In this document: in pieces, positions 26,601 through 39,750 of the stretch
Layout of the letters: every line of letters begins with the position of its first letter
How positions within the stretch are numbered: position 1 is the stretch's first letter
NCBI RefSeq assembly: GCF_001194135.2
Contig: NC_068999.1
Coordinates: 40,210,317-40,274,316, forward strand
Length of the DNA stretch: 64,000 bases
Reading direction: 5' to 3'
Origin: Octopus bimaculoides
Taxonomy: Eukaryota
Translations under genes and position numbers: made by a program
The notes under the pieces: model-generated
The model's database searches: none
Seen by the model: only the letters and a program-made list of their open reading frames with translations
What the model was told of the DNA's origin: nothing

Positions 26601-27691
26601 TCGTCGTCGTCGTTGTTTTTGTTACTATTATTAGATGTTGTTGTTATTTGATGTTATTCCTACGTTTTAAATTTTTTTTTAGTTCGCCTGAAAGTTTCGA
26701 TCTTATCATCGTTCCCCGAAATTCCCCTGGCACTAATGTTATCATAACGATCAATTTCCTCTTTGACCTCGCATAGTCATAAATAAATACCATTTTAATT
26801 AATGTTTTAATCTTAATTATCTTCTAGACGTAGAAAATAAGAAAAGAAAAGCGAAGGAGAAATAGCAGAAAATTAAGTAACTAACAGTGAAATATACACA
26901 ATAAATACATAAATGAATAAAACTTTCTAGAAAATAACTTGATGTGCAAACAAGAAATAGGAAACTCAGAATTAAAAATAAAAATTCAGAAAGATATTTG
27001 AAAAATGGGAAACAAAAGAAAATATAGGAAAATTACAAGTTATAATAATATCTAATGCATTAAACGGTAAACAAATAGAGAAATATCTTCTCGTAAATAT
27101 AAGTAAGGAGCCAGATAGAATAAAACGCTGAGATATTGTAATTAAGAAAGAAATCAAATGTTTATATATTTTAGCTTTGAATATTTCTACCCAGGAGGAT
27201 GCTGCAGCATGGTCTAACAATCTGCTAGAAAGAGCAGCTAATATATGTGTACTTTCCACCCAATATCCTGTGAGAAATCGAAAATTGGATAACGTGATCT
27301 GACGTAATCTTTTAAAGAGAGAAAACTAGACATCAATGTTTCATTGGTTTTTGACACAAGTTTGCAAGATCGAGTCTTGTGTTCGAGTAACGAACAGCAA
27401 ATGTGACGAATAAGACCTTTCATATTTGTTTGAAAATGTTAAGGTAATTAGGACATGCTGTATGTTATTACAGTTTAGCCCTTAGCTATACATGTTCAGG
27501 CATACTTATCATCAATGACCAGTCGTGTTATGGCCATGCTAGCTCTTTAGAACAACTTGCGTTCCATTGTCTAATGTGTCCTTATTTATTTAGATAAAGT
27601 TTTATAGAGTTTCCTGAAATTTAGACCAAGGGGAAATAAGACGTACAGATTCCGGTGCCAGGAAGGATGACAAGTTTGATTCATTGCATAA

Positions 27692-27985
27692 CTATAATGC
27701 CATTTTCAAAGCGTATGCTGCAGCAGCAGCAGTAGCAGTAGCAGTAGCAGTAGTAGTATTAGTAGTAGTTCTTCCTTCATTCATGTCTGGTCTAGTAGTA
27801 GTAGTTCTTCTTTCATTCATGCCTGGTCTATGCATGACCCTGTCTCCCTGCAACAGATCTTTTACTGCATCTATATATTCATCTAGTTCGTGGTAGGACA
27901 GAAGACGCGGTACAGCAAACGTCATCGTCGAATCGACAGAGTACCATACCAGCAGTAGAAGGAGCATCACGTGTTCAGTGCTTTT
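27692..27985 (-). CDS. Candidate small secreted protein (signal peptide, acidic helix, Thr/Ala-rich tail)
   Basis: (KSTEHV)MLLLLLVWYSVDSTMTFAVPRLLSYHELDEYIDAVKDLLQGDRVMHRPGMNERRTTTTRPDMNEGRTTTNTTTATATATAAAAAYALKMAL*. ATG at 27967, possible acceptor catag| before 27985, in-frame 36/33-nt repeat, AATAAA at 27585-27590. Confidence 0.5.
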   Translation of the reverse strand, partial: KSTEHVMLLLLLVWYSVDSTMTFAVPRLLSYHELDEYIDAVKDLLQGDRVMHRPGMNERRTTTTRPDMNEGRTTTNTTTATATATAAAAAYALKMAL

Positions 27986-29890
27986 CTATGCTCAAATTTT
28001 GTAAATGTTTCACCTTCAAGCTCGAGTAAATCTACTTTCAGAGGAATTCAAAAGTCTCTTTGAAACGACACTGAATGTATGTATGTACATATGTGTGTAT
28101 ACATAGATACGCGAATACACACATACACTAGATACACACATACACACATTCATATATAGAAAAATCAAATACAGAAAATATCCTGGGGTCGTAACTAATC
28201 AATAATGTTAGATTGACCTTCTAAGATAAGAAAAAAGTTATATAGTAACATTATAACGCCTCCGACATTGTCGTTCGTTTTATTCTAGAGAAGTCCAAGG
28301 AACGATAGCAACGACGCGAGGAAAGAGATAAGAAAAACGAGAGAGAAATGCAGAGAATAAGATGTACGTGGGCTGGCTTCACATATTTTAGCTCAACTCA
28401 GGGGAGGCATTTCAGAAAAATCAATAGATAGTTATGTGGTTAGACATTAACTAGATATTGATGTATTAAATATTTAACTCGGACTTTCAATTTGTAGTGG
28501 AAAAGCATTATTTAGGGTGGAAAAAAACCCAAAACAATCATCGTAAAACCATATATGTTACTGCTTTTCCTTCACTGCATAATTTTTTTCATTGAATTTT
28601 ATCGATCAATATATGTGGTTACAAAACCTCCATTAATAGAGATATTTTTTTAGAGTCAGGTGCAAATATCAGGCAATAGTTCAAACGGTCAGTTTTTTTT
28701 ATTTTTTTTTATTATTTCTTTGCAATTATTATTTACGATATATAAAGAATGAAATACGGCGATGTGTTTGAATTGTTAGCTCAGAACGAAAAATGCTTAG
28801 CAGCATTGCTTCCTTTCAAATCCCGCCGTGGTCATCTTTGCTTTTCATCCCTTCAGCGTCCATAAAATAATGTACCAGTTACGTACTGACTCGATGTAAT
28901 CGACTTGTTCCCTCCGTTGCTTGTTTGAACAGCGCAGCAGACCGGTGGCCCGTTCAGAGATACTATTGTGATCTCGAACAATTATATAGGCTATGGGAAG
29001 CAGATAACGTTCTAGAGCTCAAGAAAAATGAAAAACCAAAACAAATTAAATCTATCGACCTTATGTATGAACACGTTACACAGGCTTAGAATGATGTTAA
29101 AATACTAACAAAGTACCTATGTCGAATATAATATCACCGACCACCAATGAGACTTTAAGGCATTCCATCGGTCAAATAATATCAATAACATTAACCGTAA
29201 TTCTATAGATCTAGTCTAATATATCTTCGACTACATTATCAAATATTTGTTTGTTTTTCTGGGTTTATTTTTTTTTCTCAAGACAGCAAGGTCCGATTGA
29301 AGGTGATTTATACGAAATCTTTAGCGACTCGTGGGAATGCACTGAGGTGCTACAACCATCCATAGAGTTCGTGTAATATATATTCAGTTCCATAATCAAG
29401 ATCAATAAGTATTAAACTATCAGGTATTGAACTAAATGCTTTAGATAAAACCGAAACTAAATCATAAATATGGAAACTTTGTAACTTCTATAGACTTGTT
29501 TATTCTAAAGACTATTCGACGATATGATAATCGTTTGGTTATTGTAAAGTTAACTATAACATGCTATTTTAAGTCGATAATCGCTACGTAGTCAATATTG
29601 AATTTGTACCCAGTAGTGGTAGTATTGATAGTAGCAATAGTGGTAGTCGAACGGTAAGCTAGTAGATATTGTTGTTATTGTGGTGGTGTTGGTGGTGGTG
29701 GTTGGGGAAGTGAAGTGATATTCTTCTGTTGTTCTGTGGTTCTAGCGTCGTTTTTGAAATGCAACTGGAAGATCACAGCATTTAGACTGTTAATGCTATC
29801 TTTAATATTCAATTGAATAGTTTTGAAAACAATACAAATAAAGAACGAAAGAAAAAAAACAGCGAAAAACCACGTGTATAAATAATGGGA

Positions 29891-30021
29891 GAAGAAGAAG
29901 AAGAAGAAGAAGAAGAAGAAGAAGAAGAAGAAGAAGAAGAAGAAGAAGAAGAAGAAGAAGAAGAAGAAGAAGAAGAAGAAGAAGAAGAAGAAGAAGAAGA
30001 AGAAGAAGAAGAAAGAAGAAG
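29891..30021. repeat. (GAA)n tract, 41 uninterrupted units
   Basis: Perfect GAA repeat at 29891-30013 plus a short interrupted tail. Confidence 0.97.
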
Positions 30022-30316
30022 ATGGTGGTTTTAGTGTAAACCTATCTAACTTGTGTGTGCTCGGTTTGCTTTTTATCATTCCGTATATGTAAATACTACC
30101 CTACACATATTTGGAAATAATTTACACTTGGCCAATTCTTCAAGCATTCATATATAAAACAGATATATATTACATTCCCCTCTATTTCTGCAGACTTAAT
30201 TCAACGATTTTAATAATCGCCTATTGTCTTTCGTGCATGTGTGAGATACAATTTTGCTTGCTTCCCTTCATAGCCGTTGCGTACGGTATTGTTATTAGTA
30301 TTATAATATTTTATTA

Positions 30317-30381
<65 letters not shown>

Positions 30382-30533
30382 ACTATTATTGTTGTTGTTG
30401 TTGCTGTTGTTGTTATTGTTATTATTATTATATTTTTGCCGCTTCAATTTATACAATGGAAGCTGTGTTATGTCAGCCGATCAATGATCAACAGAGGTAA
30501 TTCCTTCATTCAGAAGATATCGAACATTTAGAA

Positions 30534-30577
<44 letters not shown>

Positions 30578-30992
30578 NNNNNNNNNNNNNNNNNNNNNNN
30601 NNNNNNNNNNNNNNNNNNNNTATTTATTTATTTATTTATTTATCTATTACATTTCTTCAATTTTTTCCTTATTTATTTATTTTTTTTGTCTCGGTACCCA
30701 TTTCTTATTTATTTATTTATAAGCTTTTATTTTTTAGCCCTAATTTGTTTTCCTATATTTTTCCCAGTCTCATTCACCGTAACCTACCATCCAGTAACGC
30801 TTACCTCGCTCTCCTCCAGTTTAACTCTCAGACTGATATAATCGTATGTATGTAAGTAAATATGTGTGTGTGTCTGCGAGTGTGTGTGTATATGTGTGTT
30901 TGTGTATATGTACGTAATTATATATATGTATGCATATATATATACATATATGTATGCATTATATATATATATATATATACATNNNNNNNNNN

Positions 30993-31037
<45 letters not shown>

Positions 31038-31580
31038 ATGTATATATATTTGTGTATGCACTGATATATATTATGCTTGTATGTATGTATATATGTATGT
31101 GTGTATGTATGTATGTATGTATATATGTATGTATGTGTATATGTAGGAATGTTCGAATATATTTTTCGAGCATATATTTTCCGTTTTTATACTTTTTCTG
31201 AATATTTTAGCGTGTATATTCCTCTTCGTATTTTCTTTTAATAATCTTCGTCTTCGTTTTGCTTTCACATTTTCCCATATTTCATCTGGGTGTATGAATG
31301 CAAGTATACATATGTCTATGTGCGTGTATATGCTCGTGTGCGTTTGTGCTCATGTGTGTTTGTGCTCCTGTATGTGTGTGTATATATGTATATATANNNN
31401 NNNNNNNNNNNNNNNNNNNNNNNNNNNNNNNNNNNNNNNNNNNNNNNNNNNNNNNNNNNNNNNNNNNNNNNNNNNNNNNNNNNNNNNNNNNNNNNNNNNN
31501 NNNNNNNNNNNNNNNNNNNNNNNNNNNNNNNNNNNNNNNNNNNNNNNNNNNNNNNNNNNNNNTATACATATATGTATGTA

Positions 31581-31620
<40 letters not shown>

Positions 31621-32984
31621 AGCATTTATATATATATAAACATTATATATATATATATATATAAACATTTGTATATGAATACATACATACGTGTGTGTGT
31701 TTGTGTATATATATATATATATGCACATATATGCATGCATAGATACACACATACACACACGTAGATGTGTGTGTGCGTATGTGTGTGAGGAACAGAGAAG
31801 AGAGCGATACACACATTTAATGTTCTTTCGTGTCTAGATTTCTTTTATTTGATTGTGTGACTATCCTTCTTGTTCCTGTGCATATATCGATTCGGAATAA
31901 GAAGAAAAAAACAAGGAAAGCAAACTAAATACATATAACAAAAAGATTTCTACAGAAGAAAAAATATATATTTGGAAGAGTAAAACTATAAGATTCAAAA
32001 TCTCTTGATATAAAAGAGGAAGAATACAAAATATAATTAAAAAAGAATCGGTAGGTTTATTAATAAATCTGAAGAATAAGGATTTATGACAGTCAGATGT
32101 AACTGAAAGGAAGGGGCGAAAAGAGAACGGCAAATGGAGTTAAATATTGCATGATTAAGTCGAGAAACAAAGAAGAACCGAACTTTTATATAACAAACTT
32201 TGATCTGAAAATAAAGAATAGCACGAATGAAGTGTCTTAAAATGCATGTCTGACTGCGTGTACGTGTGTGAGTATGTGTGCATATGTATGCGTGCGTGTG
32301 CGGTGTGCGTCCATGCATCTGAATAAACCTATATATGTATACATACAGTTGAAGACACATAGTGATATATATATATATATATATANNNNNNNNNNNNNNN
32401 NNNNNNNNNNNNNNNNNNNNNNNNNNNNNNNNNNNNNNNNNNNNNNNNNNNNNNNNNNNNNNNNNNNNNNNNNNNNNNNNNNNNNNNNNNNNNNNNNNNN
32501 NNNNNNNNNNNNNNNNNNNNNNNNNNNNNNNNNNNNNATATATAAAAAACAAATAATAAATGAGTATATGCATATATACGAACAGGTATGTACATACCTA
32601 CGTCTACCTGTATATATAGGTGCATATCTGGGTACAGGACATTGCAAACAAAATGTAGACAAGAAAATAATAATAACCAGAGTACAGAAAACACACAAGC
32701 CACATAGAGAACATCTTCCTTCATCATCTACCCCCATTTTAACACCGGCGTTCTATTTGCATATATATATCTGTGTATAATATATATATCTATATACATA
32801 TATATATATATAGAGAGAGAGAGAGAGGGATGGTGAGAGAGAGAGTGAGAGAGAGAGAGGGAGAGAGACAGACAGACAGAGACAGACAGACGTGCACATT
32901 TGTAAATTAAAATATATGGGCATTTACATGAGTAATGATGCATCCTTCCATGTGCACGTTTTTTTAAGTTGGCAATGAAATGCA

Positions 32985-33450
32985 GGCGGCTGACCTGATA
33001 GACTCTTAGAACTTTTAAAACCATTATGGTTTCCTCTGACCAGGAAACCATTATGGTCCTCTGGATGACATTTGTCCTGAGCCAGTTTGACTATTGCTCC
33101 CAGCTATGGTCAGTAACTAGTGTAAAATTAATAGAAGAACTTGAGGTCAATCCAACGAAGCTACACGAAGATAGCCTCTATACAACATATATGCTACTGA
33201 GAAAGACTCAAGAGATTGAGACTCGACTCACTGGAGCGTAGGAGGAAAAGATATGCCATAACATACATCTGAAAAATCCTGGTGATACTTATTCCAAACT
33301 TTGGCATTGAGAGTTGCACTAACGCTAGAACTGGGCGCCACTACATAGTACCAAAGACTCCAACAAAGATATTGCAACAGCCGGGGCTTTAAACGCCCAC
33401 AGCTCTTCAATATCCTCCCTAAGGACCTGAGAGACCTGCACGGGGTGAAT
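32985..33450 (+). mobile_element. CR1/L2/Jockey-group LINE, RT 3' region relic
   Basis: Frameshifted LRTFKT..DQETIMVLWMTFVLSQFDYCSQLWS..SVKLIEELE..QRSYT..SLERRR.RYAITYI.KIL..PNFGI..QLFNILPKDLRDLHGV. Confidence 0.85.
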
Positions 33451-33454
33451 GTAA

Positions 33455-33722
33455 GTGTATCTCTCTCTTTCTATCTTTCTTTTTTGCTCAACTCCTCCCT
33501 CTCTATCACTTTATCTCCTTGTCTCTCGTTCTCCCTTTCTTTTTCTCTCTCACTCCCTCTCTCTCTTTTTCTCTTTCTCTCTCCCACTCTCTATCTTTCT
33601 ATTTACTCCCATTTCTTTCTTTCTCTTACTCTCTCCCACTCTCTCTCTATATCTTTTTCTCCGCCCCCTCTCTTACTCTTTCCTCCCCTCTCTCTCTTTC
33701 TCCCCCCTCTCTCTCTCTCTCT
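33455..33722. repeat. Polypyrimidine (CT-rich) low-complexity tract
   Basis: Almost exclusively C/T on the + strand. Confidence 0.95.
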
Positions 33723-34012
33723 TGTGGCAGAATAGTGAATGAGATATTTGCAAATACCTCTGCATTCATATTTCGCCATAAATATTTACCTATAATATAT
33801 TTTATTCGTGTCATTCGGTGACTGATTGTATTATTTGTTTATAGACTCCGCAATGAATAATATATGACAGATAGTATGGCTTGAAATAACGTCGAATCTG
33901 ACAATTCCGCAGCAATACAATTTGGAAGTTGTCGGGAGTCTCCCTTTTATCTTACGTTCGTAAATTTCACCTAGTCACATTTGAACTAAAGGCCGCGTAT
34001 GCGTATCAATCT

Positions 34013-34092
<80 letters not shown>

Positions 34093-37009
34093 ACACACAC
34101 ACACATACACACACACACAAACGCACACACAATTACGCATATTTATATATGTATAGATATTGATTAATAGATTCGTATATACATACACGCATGCATTTAT
34201 ACATACATACATACATATAGATGTGTGCATTTGTGTGTTTATCTATATATATGTTTATCTATATATGTGTTTATCTATATATGATTAAGGACTTCGTCAG
34301 TGGGATTTCGATAAAGTAATTCATACGATGTAAATATATTGCTGAAGCTATCGGCATTGTCTAACGCTGGTTCAATAACAATGTTAACGCAGATGTAATT
34401 TACTTTCCGCCCTGCTAGTCATCAATTCGTATTGAAAAAACCTCAATTCGTTATCTTTAAATTCAATACTAACTGAATTATGGTTGAACCTGATGATATC
34501 TTTTCCACACAGTTCTGGCGTATGCTAAAACTAACATGCTTATTTTCTTAAAACGTCTCCAGTCTTTACAATGATATCTTGATCTGAAGTTTGTCAAACT
34601 GGTAATGAGGATATCCCTATAAAGAACTTAGGTGGTGCAGCAATATACCAACCACTGAAAAGGGAATAGAATGTATAGAGTCTCAAATAATATATTTGGA
34701 ATATTTTCTGTATATATTACCACCAGAGACAGTTATACAATTTATACACCATGCCATTTCCTGCCGTTGGGCATTCAATTTCGTCCTCATTTTAAAAATT
34801 CATTCTGTTTCTTCAATTCCTCACGTTCAGTAATATGGCTTTTCCTTCCTTCAGGGGTTGAATAAAAAGGACAAAATATATGTCTGCAGTTGGAGCGGAA
34901 TCCGTCCAGTATTTTGTCGGTCTCTTCGCGTTCGGGGCTCAAAATCTCTCCAAAGCTTGCTTGGATGATAGGCTTAACCCGTTGTCCAATTTACCATCAC
35001 TTGGCATCTTGAATGCCGATATCTTTGGTTGCAAGCATTCGAGCCACGTTTCCGATTTAATGATAAATTCCCATCCTTTCTACCTGCCGCGGAAGATCTA
35101 TGACGAGGCATACGCTCTGCTTTCCATTTCGAATGAAAAATATAAAAAAAAAATATGTATTCGCTTATGATATGACATCTATTTTCTTTCGAATAATATA
35201 ATCTCCTTTATTCGGCACAGAATAAATTGTTGATGGAAATGTTTATTGTCAGTTTAATCCACGTTTGTATCCAACCGAGACAGCCATCATCTCCTCTCTA
35301 CTACATAGAGAACTTCCAAATAATTCGACATAAATAATGGGTTTTGATTTTCTGCTGACAATCTCCATATGACTCGAATAACGTAAAGCAACGTTACATG
35401 ACCAAGTGGTTAATGTGTCAGTCCCAGATCATAAGATGTTCGATTCTGTCCTCAAGCAATATACTTCACTTGACGTTCTTCTGTAGTGCTCAGCTATATT
35501 TTGTTGCCAACCTAGTTATGATGCAGCCATCCCTCCGGTTATCACGGCCTCGATGTTCCAGCAGGTAGAGAGTGAAAGGGAGTGTCAGTTTGTTTCTTTT
35601 CTAATCTGAATAAACCATTAGCGAAAATATATTACAGTACTACTTGGTCGTGATTGACAGCTAGCAGTTCCAATGTAGATTAACCAAATACATATATGAA
35701 AACAGTAGTATCAATTCCACAAAACGATTTGATTTAAAGTTTTGATGAATATCTCCAGAGGATCTGACCCATAATGCTTGATTTAATTCTGCAGAAGGCT
35801 AAAAATTAAAACGAAAGCTTCATTAAAGAAGATGGAAGTTAAATAGATAAATAACACTATGAATTGAAGACAGAAATCCAAAGCTGCTTGTATTATAATA
35901 ATATTAAGATCTACAGCATAAGGATTAGAGCAGTGTTAGAGTACCAGGCAAAATGCTTTGCAGTATTTTGGCCAACTCTTTAAGAGGTAAACTTTTCTTC
36001 TCATACTTCTGGGATCCTTAAAATACCAGTGCTGGTTTTCTATTAGGGTCAGGGATGTTCACTGAACGGATCGTAAAGACGTCATATTTATGTGAATGAA
36101 TACTTGCCTCGAAAATTATAGCACTTAATATGAGAAGTTGTTGTAGGCGTTTAGTCTTAAATCATACTTTGTTCAGAATACAATACAATCAATTTATTTC
36201 TTGACCAACCTACATGGCGTTTTCATCTTCTTTTGCAGAAGGTGTGGATTCATAGTAACTTGACTGCTATTTCTAATGCTCATGCAATAAATTTCCAACT
36301 ATATTTTTTTTCCCTTTTTTTCTGATTCTTTTAACGACTTTCTCCGACATTCGCTTTCTGCATATCACATATCTGCGACCATAATGCGTATATGATGCAA
36401 ATACCGCAATATTATTCAGCACAACTGCAGTTCTGTCATTCCTCGACTACTTTAACGTTAAACACATCCAAACTACAAATAAATGTTGTACACAATAATG
36501 TATAATGGTGATATTATGACATGTCACTTGATAGAAATTTATAACTGACGAACATATAATAGCTTTCAACTGCGTATGTAAACGGTCGGGTGGCAAATAT
36601 GTATCGTTTCTATTTGATTAAGAGTTTTGAGGGTTGAAGCTGGCAGCGGTGAGTAATTCGGAATTTCAAAATAACTATTTCGAACATGCTATATATATGG
36701 GTACAGGACGTCACAAAACGTAAACAACATGAAATACGAAGACGAACTTGGATATGCGAACAACGAGAGAAACAAATAAAAAACAAGAGGAGTAAGGAGG
36801 GTGCCAGTCGATTTAATGAATTACCCGCTCATGAATTACAGTTTATTTGGTTGAGTATTCCACAGACACGTAGACACTAAACATAATTCTCTTTCAGAAA
36901 CAACCTGGAACCGTGTAGACACACAGATAGAGAAGCATACGCATGCACGCACGCACGCACTCACACAAACACACACACGCACACACACGCACACACACGC
37001 ACACACATA

Positions 37010-37126
37010 CAGTAATCCCTCGCCATATTGTGGTTGACCTATCGCAGTTTATTATTTAAGCTTTCAACCATTCCTCCGTGGTGTCGTTTTGAATTTATAA
37101 TAAAATTAATATATACAAATTATATA

Positions 37127-37180
<54 letters not shown>

Positions 37181-37263
37181 TACAAAACTGTTTCAAATTC
37201 GCAGATTTTCACTGATCGCAGTGGCTTTGGAACGTAACCCCCGCGATAGTCAAGGGGTTACGG
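37010..37263. mobile_element. pogo/Tigger-like MITE with TA target-site duplication
   Basis: TA|CAGTAATCCCTCGCCATAT ... CGATAGTCAAGGGGTTACGG|TA; degenerate terminal inverted repeats, no ORF, internal (AT)n expansion. Confidence 0.7.
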
Positions 37264-37313
37264 TATTTGTGAGGTTGGGTGATATAAACAGCAGAATAAA
37301 ACCTCAAAACATG

Positions 37314-37344
<31 letters not shown>

Positions 37345-38779
37345 TTGTGTGCGTGTGTGTGAGTGTATGTTGGATGTATAATTTTTACATGTTAACTCTC
37401 TTTTTCGACAGTTATATAACTAATGCGTGTGTACGTGGTTGTGTTTTGTGTTTATGATTCTTGGAAGTACATTTGTAGTAAGTAGATTATTTTGTTTTGC
37501 ATTTTTGTTTTGTCTTTCTATACATATTTTAAATGTGTTTTGTTAGTTTGCCTTGAATGAAATGTGAAATGTGCAGCTCTGAAGAAACGAAAATAGATTG
37601 AAATGAAACGAGTTTACTTGAGATGACAAATCGTGCTTGATTCCCCGACAACGTATTTATCAAAGTAACAACGTTTCGCCAACAATGCCGTTAATCTTTA
37701 ACATATAAGTATTAACATGGAATGTCTTCCGCGTCTAATGTCCATCCATTAAGAAACTACGATTAATTAATTGATATTCAATAGTGATGATTTGTATAGG
37801 CTCAGTCGGATCACTTCCTTCATAACAAGACATACATAGACGCACACAACGTACATATATGATGTTCTTGCATTAATAATCTATGATCTGATACTATTCG
37901 GGAATCGAAAAATCAGATCTCCCGTTAAGTGATTGTTCTAATTACATAAAAGCTTTTTTCTTTTAACTTCCACAGAAGGACATAAACTGTTCGGGCGTCG
38001 TGATAACGTATCAATAGTTACTAGTGGTTCAATGGTAATTGTGTTTATCCTCTCCATGATAAGATACAAAGCGAAATCACAGTGGGATTTAAATTTGGAC
38101 TATAAATGGATGCATGTAAATATTTATGCCAAATATTACGTCTAGTATTCTGATATTTTAGTCCGTCCATCTCATAGCAATACTAAAAATATGTGTTCCT
38201 GAATTTCACAAAACGACAGAGATTTGAGAAGTGTCTGGGGCTGATACTTGACCGTTACATATTTTATTGGTTTCCAACATGAAGGAGAATTCCAATAGGT
38301 TTTGCATTCACAGAAGAAGGTAAATAAATGAACAAGACAGATATAAATGAGCGTACCTCTACCTAACATGTCTAATATCAACGATGATAGAGACACTGTG
38401 CTACGAGGTATCGTCAAACGTTTGTGTAGTATCCTGTTTGTAGTATGAGTAGTTTATCAACTTTGTGAGTGGATTTGGTAGACGGATACTGAAAGAAGCC
38501 AATCGTATATATANNNNNNNNNNNNNNNNNNNNNNNNNNNNNNNNNNNNNNNNNNNNNNNNNNNNNNNNNNNNNNNNNNNNNNNNNNNNNNNNNNNNNNN
38601 NNNNNNNNNNNNNNNNNNNNNNNNNNNNNNNNNNNNNNNNNNNNNNNNNNNNNNNNNNNNNNNNNNNNNNNNNNNNNNNNNNNNNNNNNNNNNNNNNNNN
38701 NNNNTATATTTATATATGGTTTTCCCAAAGGAAAATATAGTCATCAAGGTTTTTATAACTTTGTTTTTTTTTTCTCGGT

Positions 38780-38925
38780 AATGGCGTTGACCTTATACCC
38801 ACTGGCCTCTTTCCTTTTACCTGTCAGCGTGAGAGACCCAACCAGTATTGCGCTCTACTGTCATAGCTCGGAGGGTCACTAACGCACACAAGCCACCAAC
38901 CAGGCACAAGAGCTGAACCTTATAA
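38780..38925 (-). mobile_element. Probable RTE-clade LINE 5' UTR fragment
   Basis: Minus strand GGCTTGTGTGCGTTAGTGACCCTCCGAGCTATGACAG..CTGGTTGGGTCTCTCACGCTGACAGGTAAAAGGAAAGAGGCCAG resembles RTE 5' regions as I recall them; not verified by search. Confidence 0.35.
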
Positions 38926-39584
38926 GGTTTTCCGTATATGGCTTTCCATTACAAAAGAAATTAAAATGAGATATAAATGAGAATTTAATTACCATAGTAG
39001 GCGGATCTAGCAATCGCGCAAAGGTAGCTTCATTAGGTGAACAAAGCTAGTTCGTTAAAGGAGGACACAAAGCGTAATAAATATATTGATTCTAACGTGT
39101 TACACTTTACTCTAATAACAAAAATATCCGCCCTTAAATAACAACGCCATTTCAAACATATTATAATATTTGATCATAACCTTTTCTACCCCGACTCTTA
39201 TACGTTTCGGTATGTCTTTTAAGATTAAAGTGGTTAATCAGCATTTTATTTTCTCAAATTTCAGAAAGAACTTATTGACTTTATGTCAAAGGCACCAGAT
39301 GGAATATTTTATGTCAATATATTTTACTAGATGTATCGACTGTAAGTCCAATAATTTTTGCATAAAATGTAATACACAGCTTCTTGAAAGGAAGATTATT
39401 AGGGGTTTCTTACCGTCACAGCACAGCACTGGTGCATGTGTACGCTTCCTTCAATGGATTCATCTCCTTATCTTTCTCTCTCTTTCTCTCTCTCTCACCG
39501 TATATGTATGTATATATATATATATATCTATATATATATATATATATATATATANNNNNNNNNNATGATTATTATTGTTATGGC

Positions 39585-39750
39585 TTCAACTTTTGACACA
39601 AGTCCAGCAAGTTCGCGGTGTGAGGTTAGTGAATTACATCGACCCCCAGTATTCAACTGGTACTTGTTTTATCGACCCCAGTAGGATGAAAGCCAAAGTC
39701 GACCACTGTGGCATTTGATCTCAGAACGTAAAGTCGGACGAAATGCCACG
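39585..39750 (-). mobile_element. SINE A
   Basis: Reverse complement of the family A core (CGTTCTGAGATCAAAT..GTCGACTTTGGCTTTCATCC..GGGGTCGATAAAAC). Confidence 0.85.

Noticed and set aside
27684-27896. Plus-strand ORF with a hydrophobic A/V stretch
   Set aside because: Antisense shadow of the trinucleotide repeats in the better-supported minus-strand ORF.
32625-32755. Possible hammerhead ribozyme in Penelope-like terminal fragments (also about 36690-36800)
   Set aside because: The core reads GATGATGA rather than CTGATGA and no matching GAAA/stems were found; the family assignment is itself uncertain.
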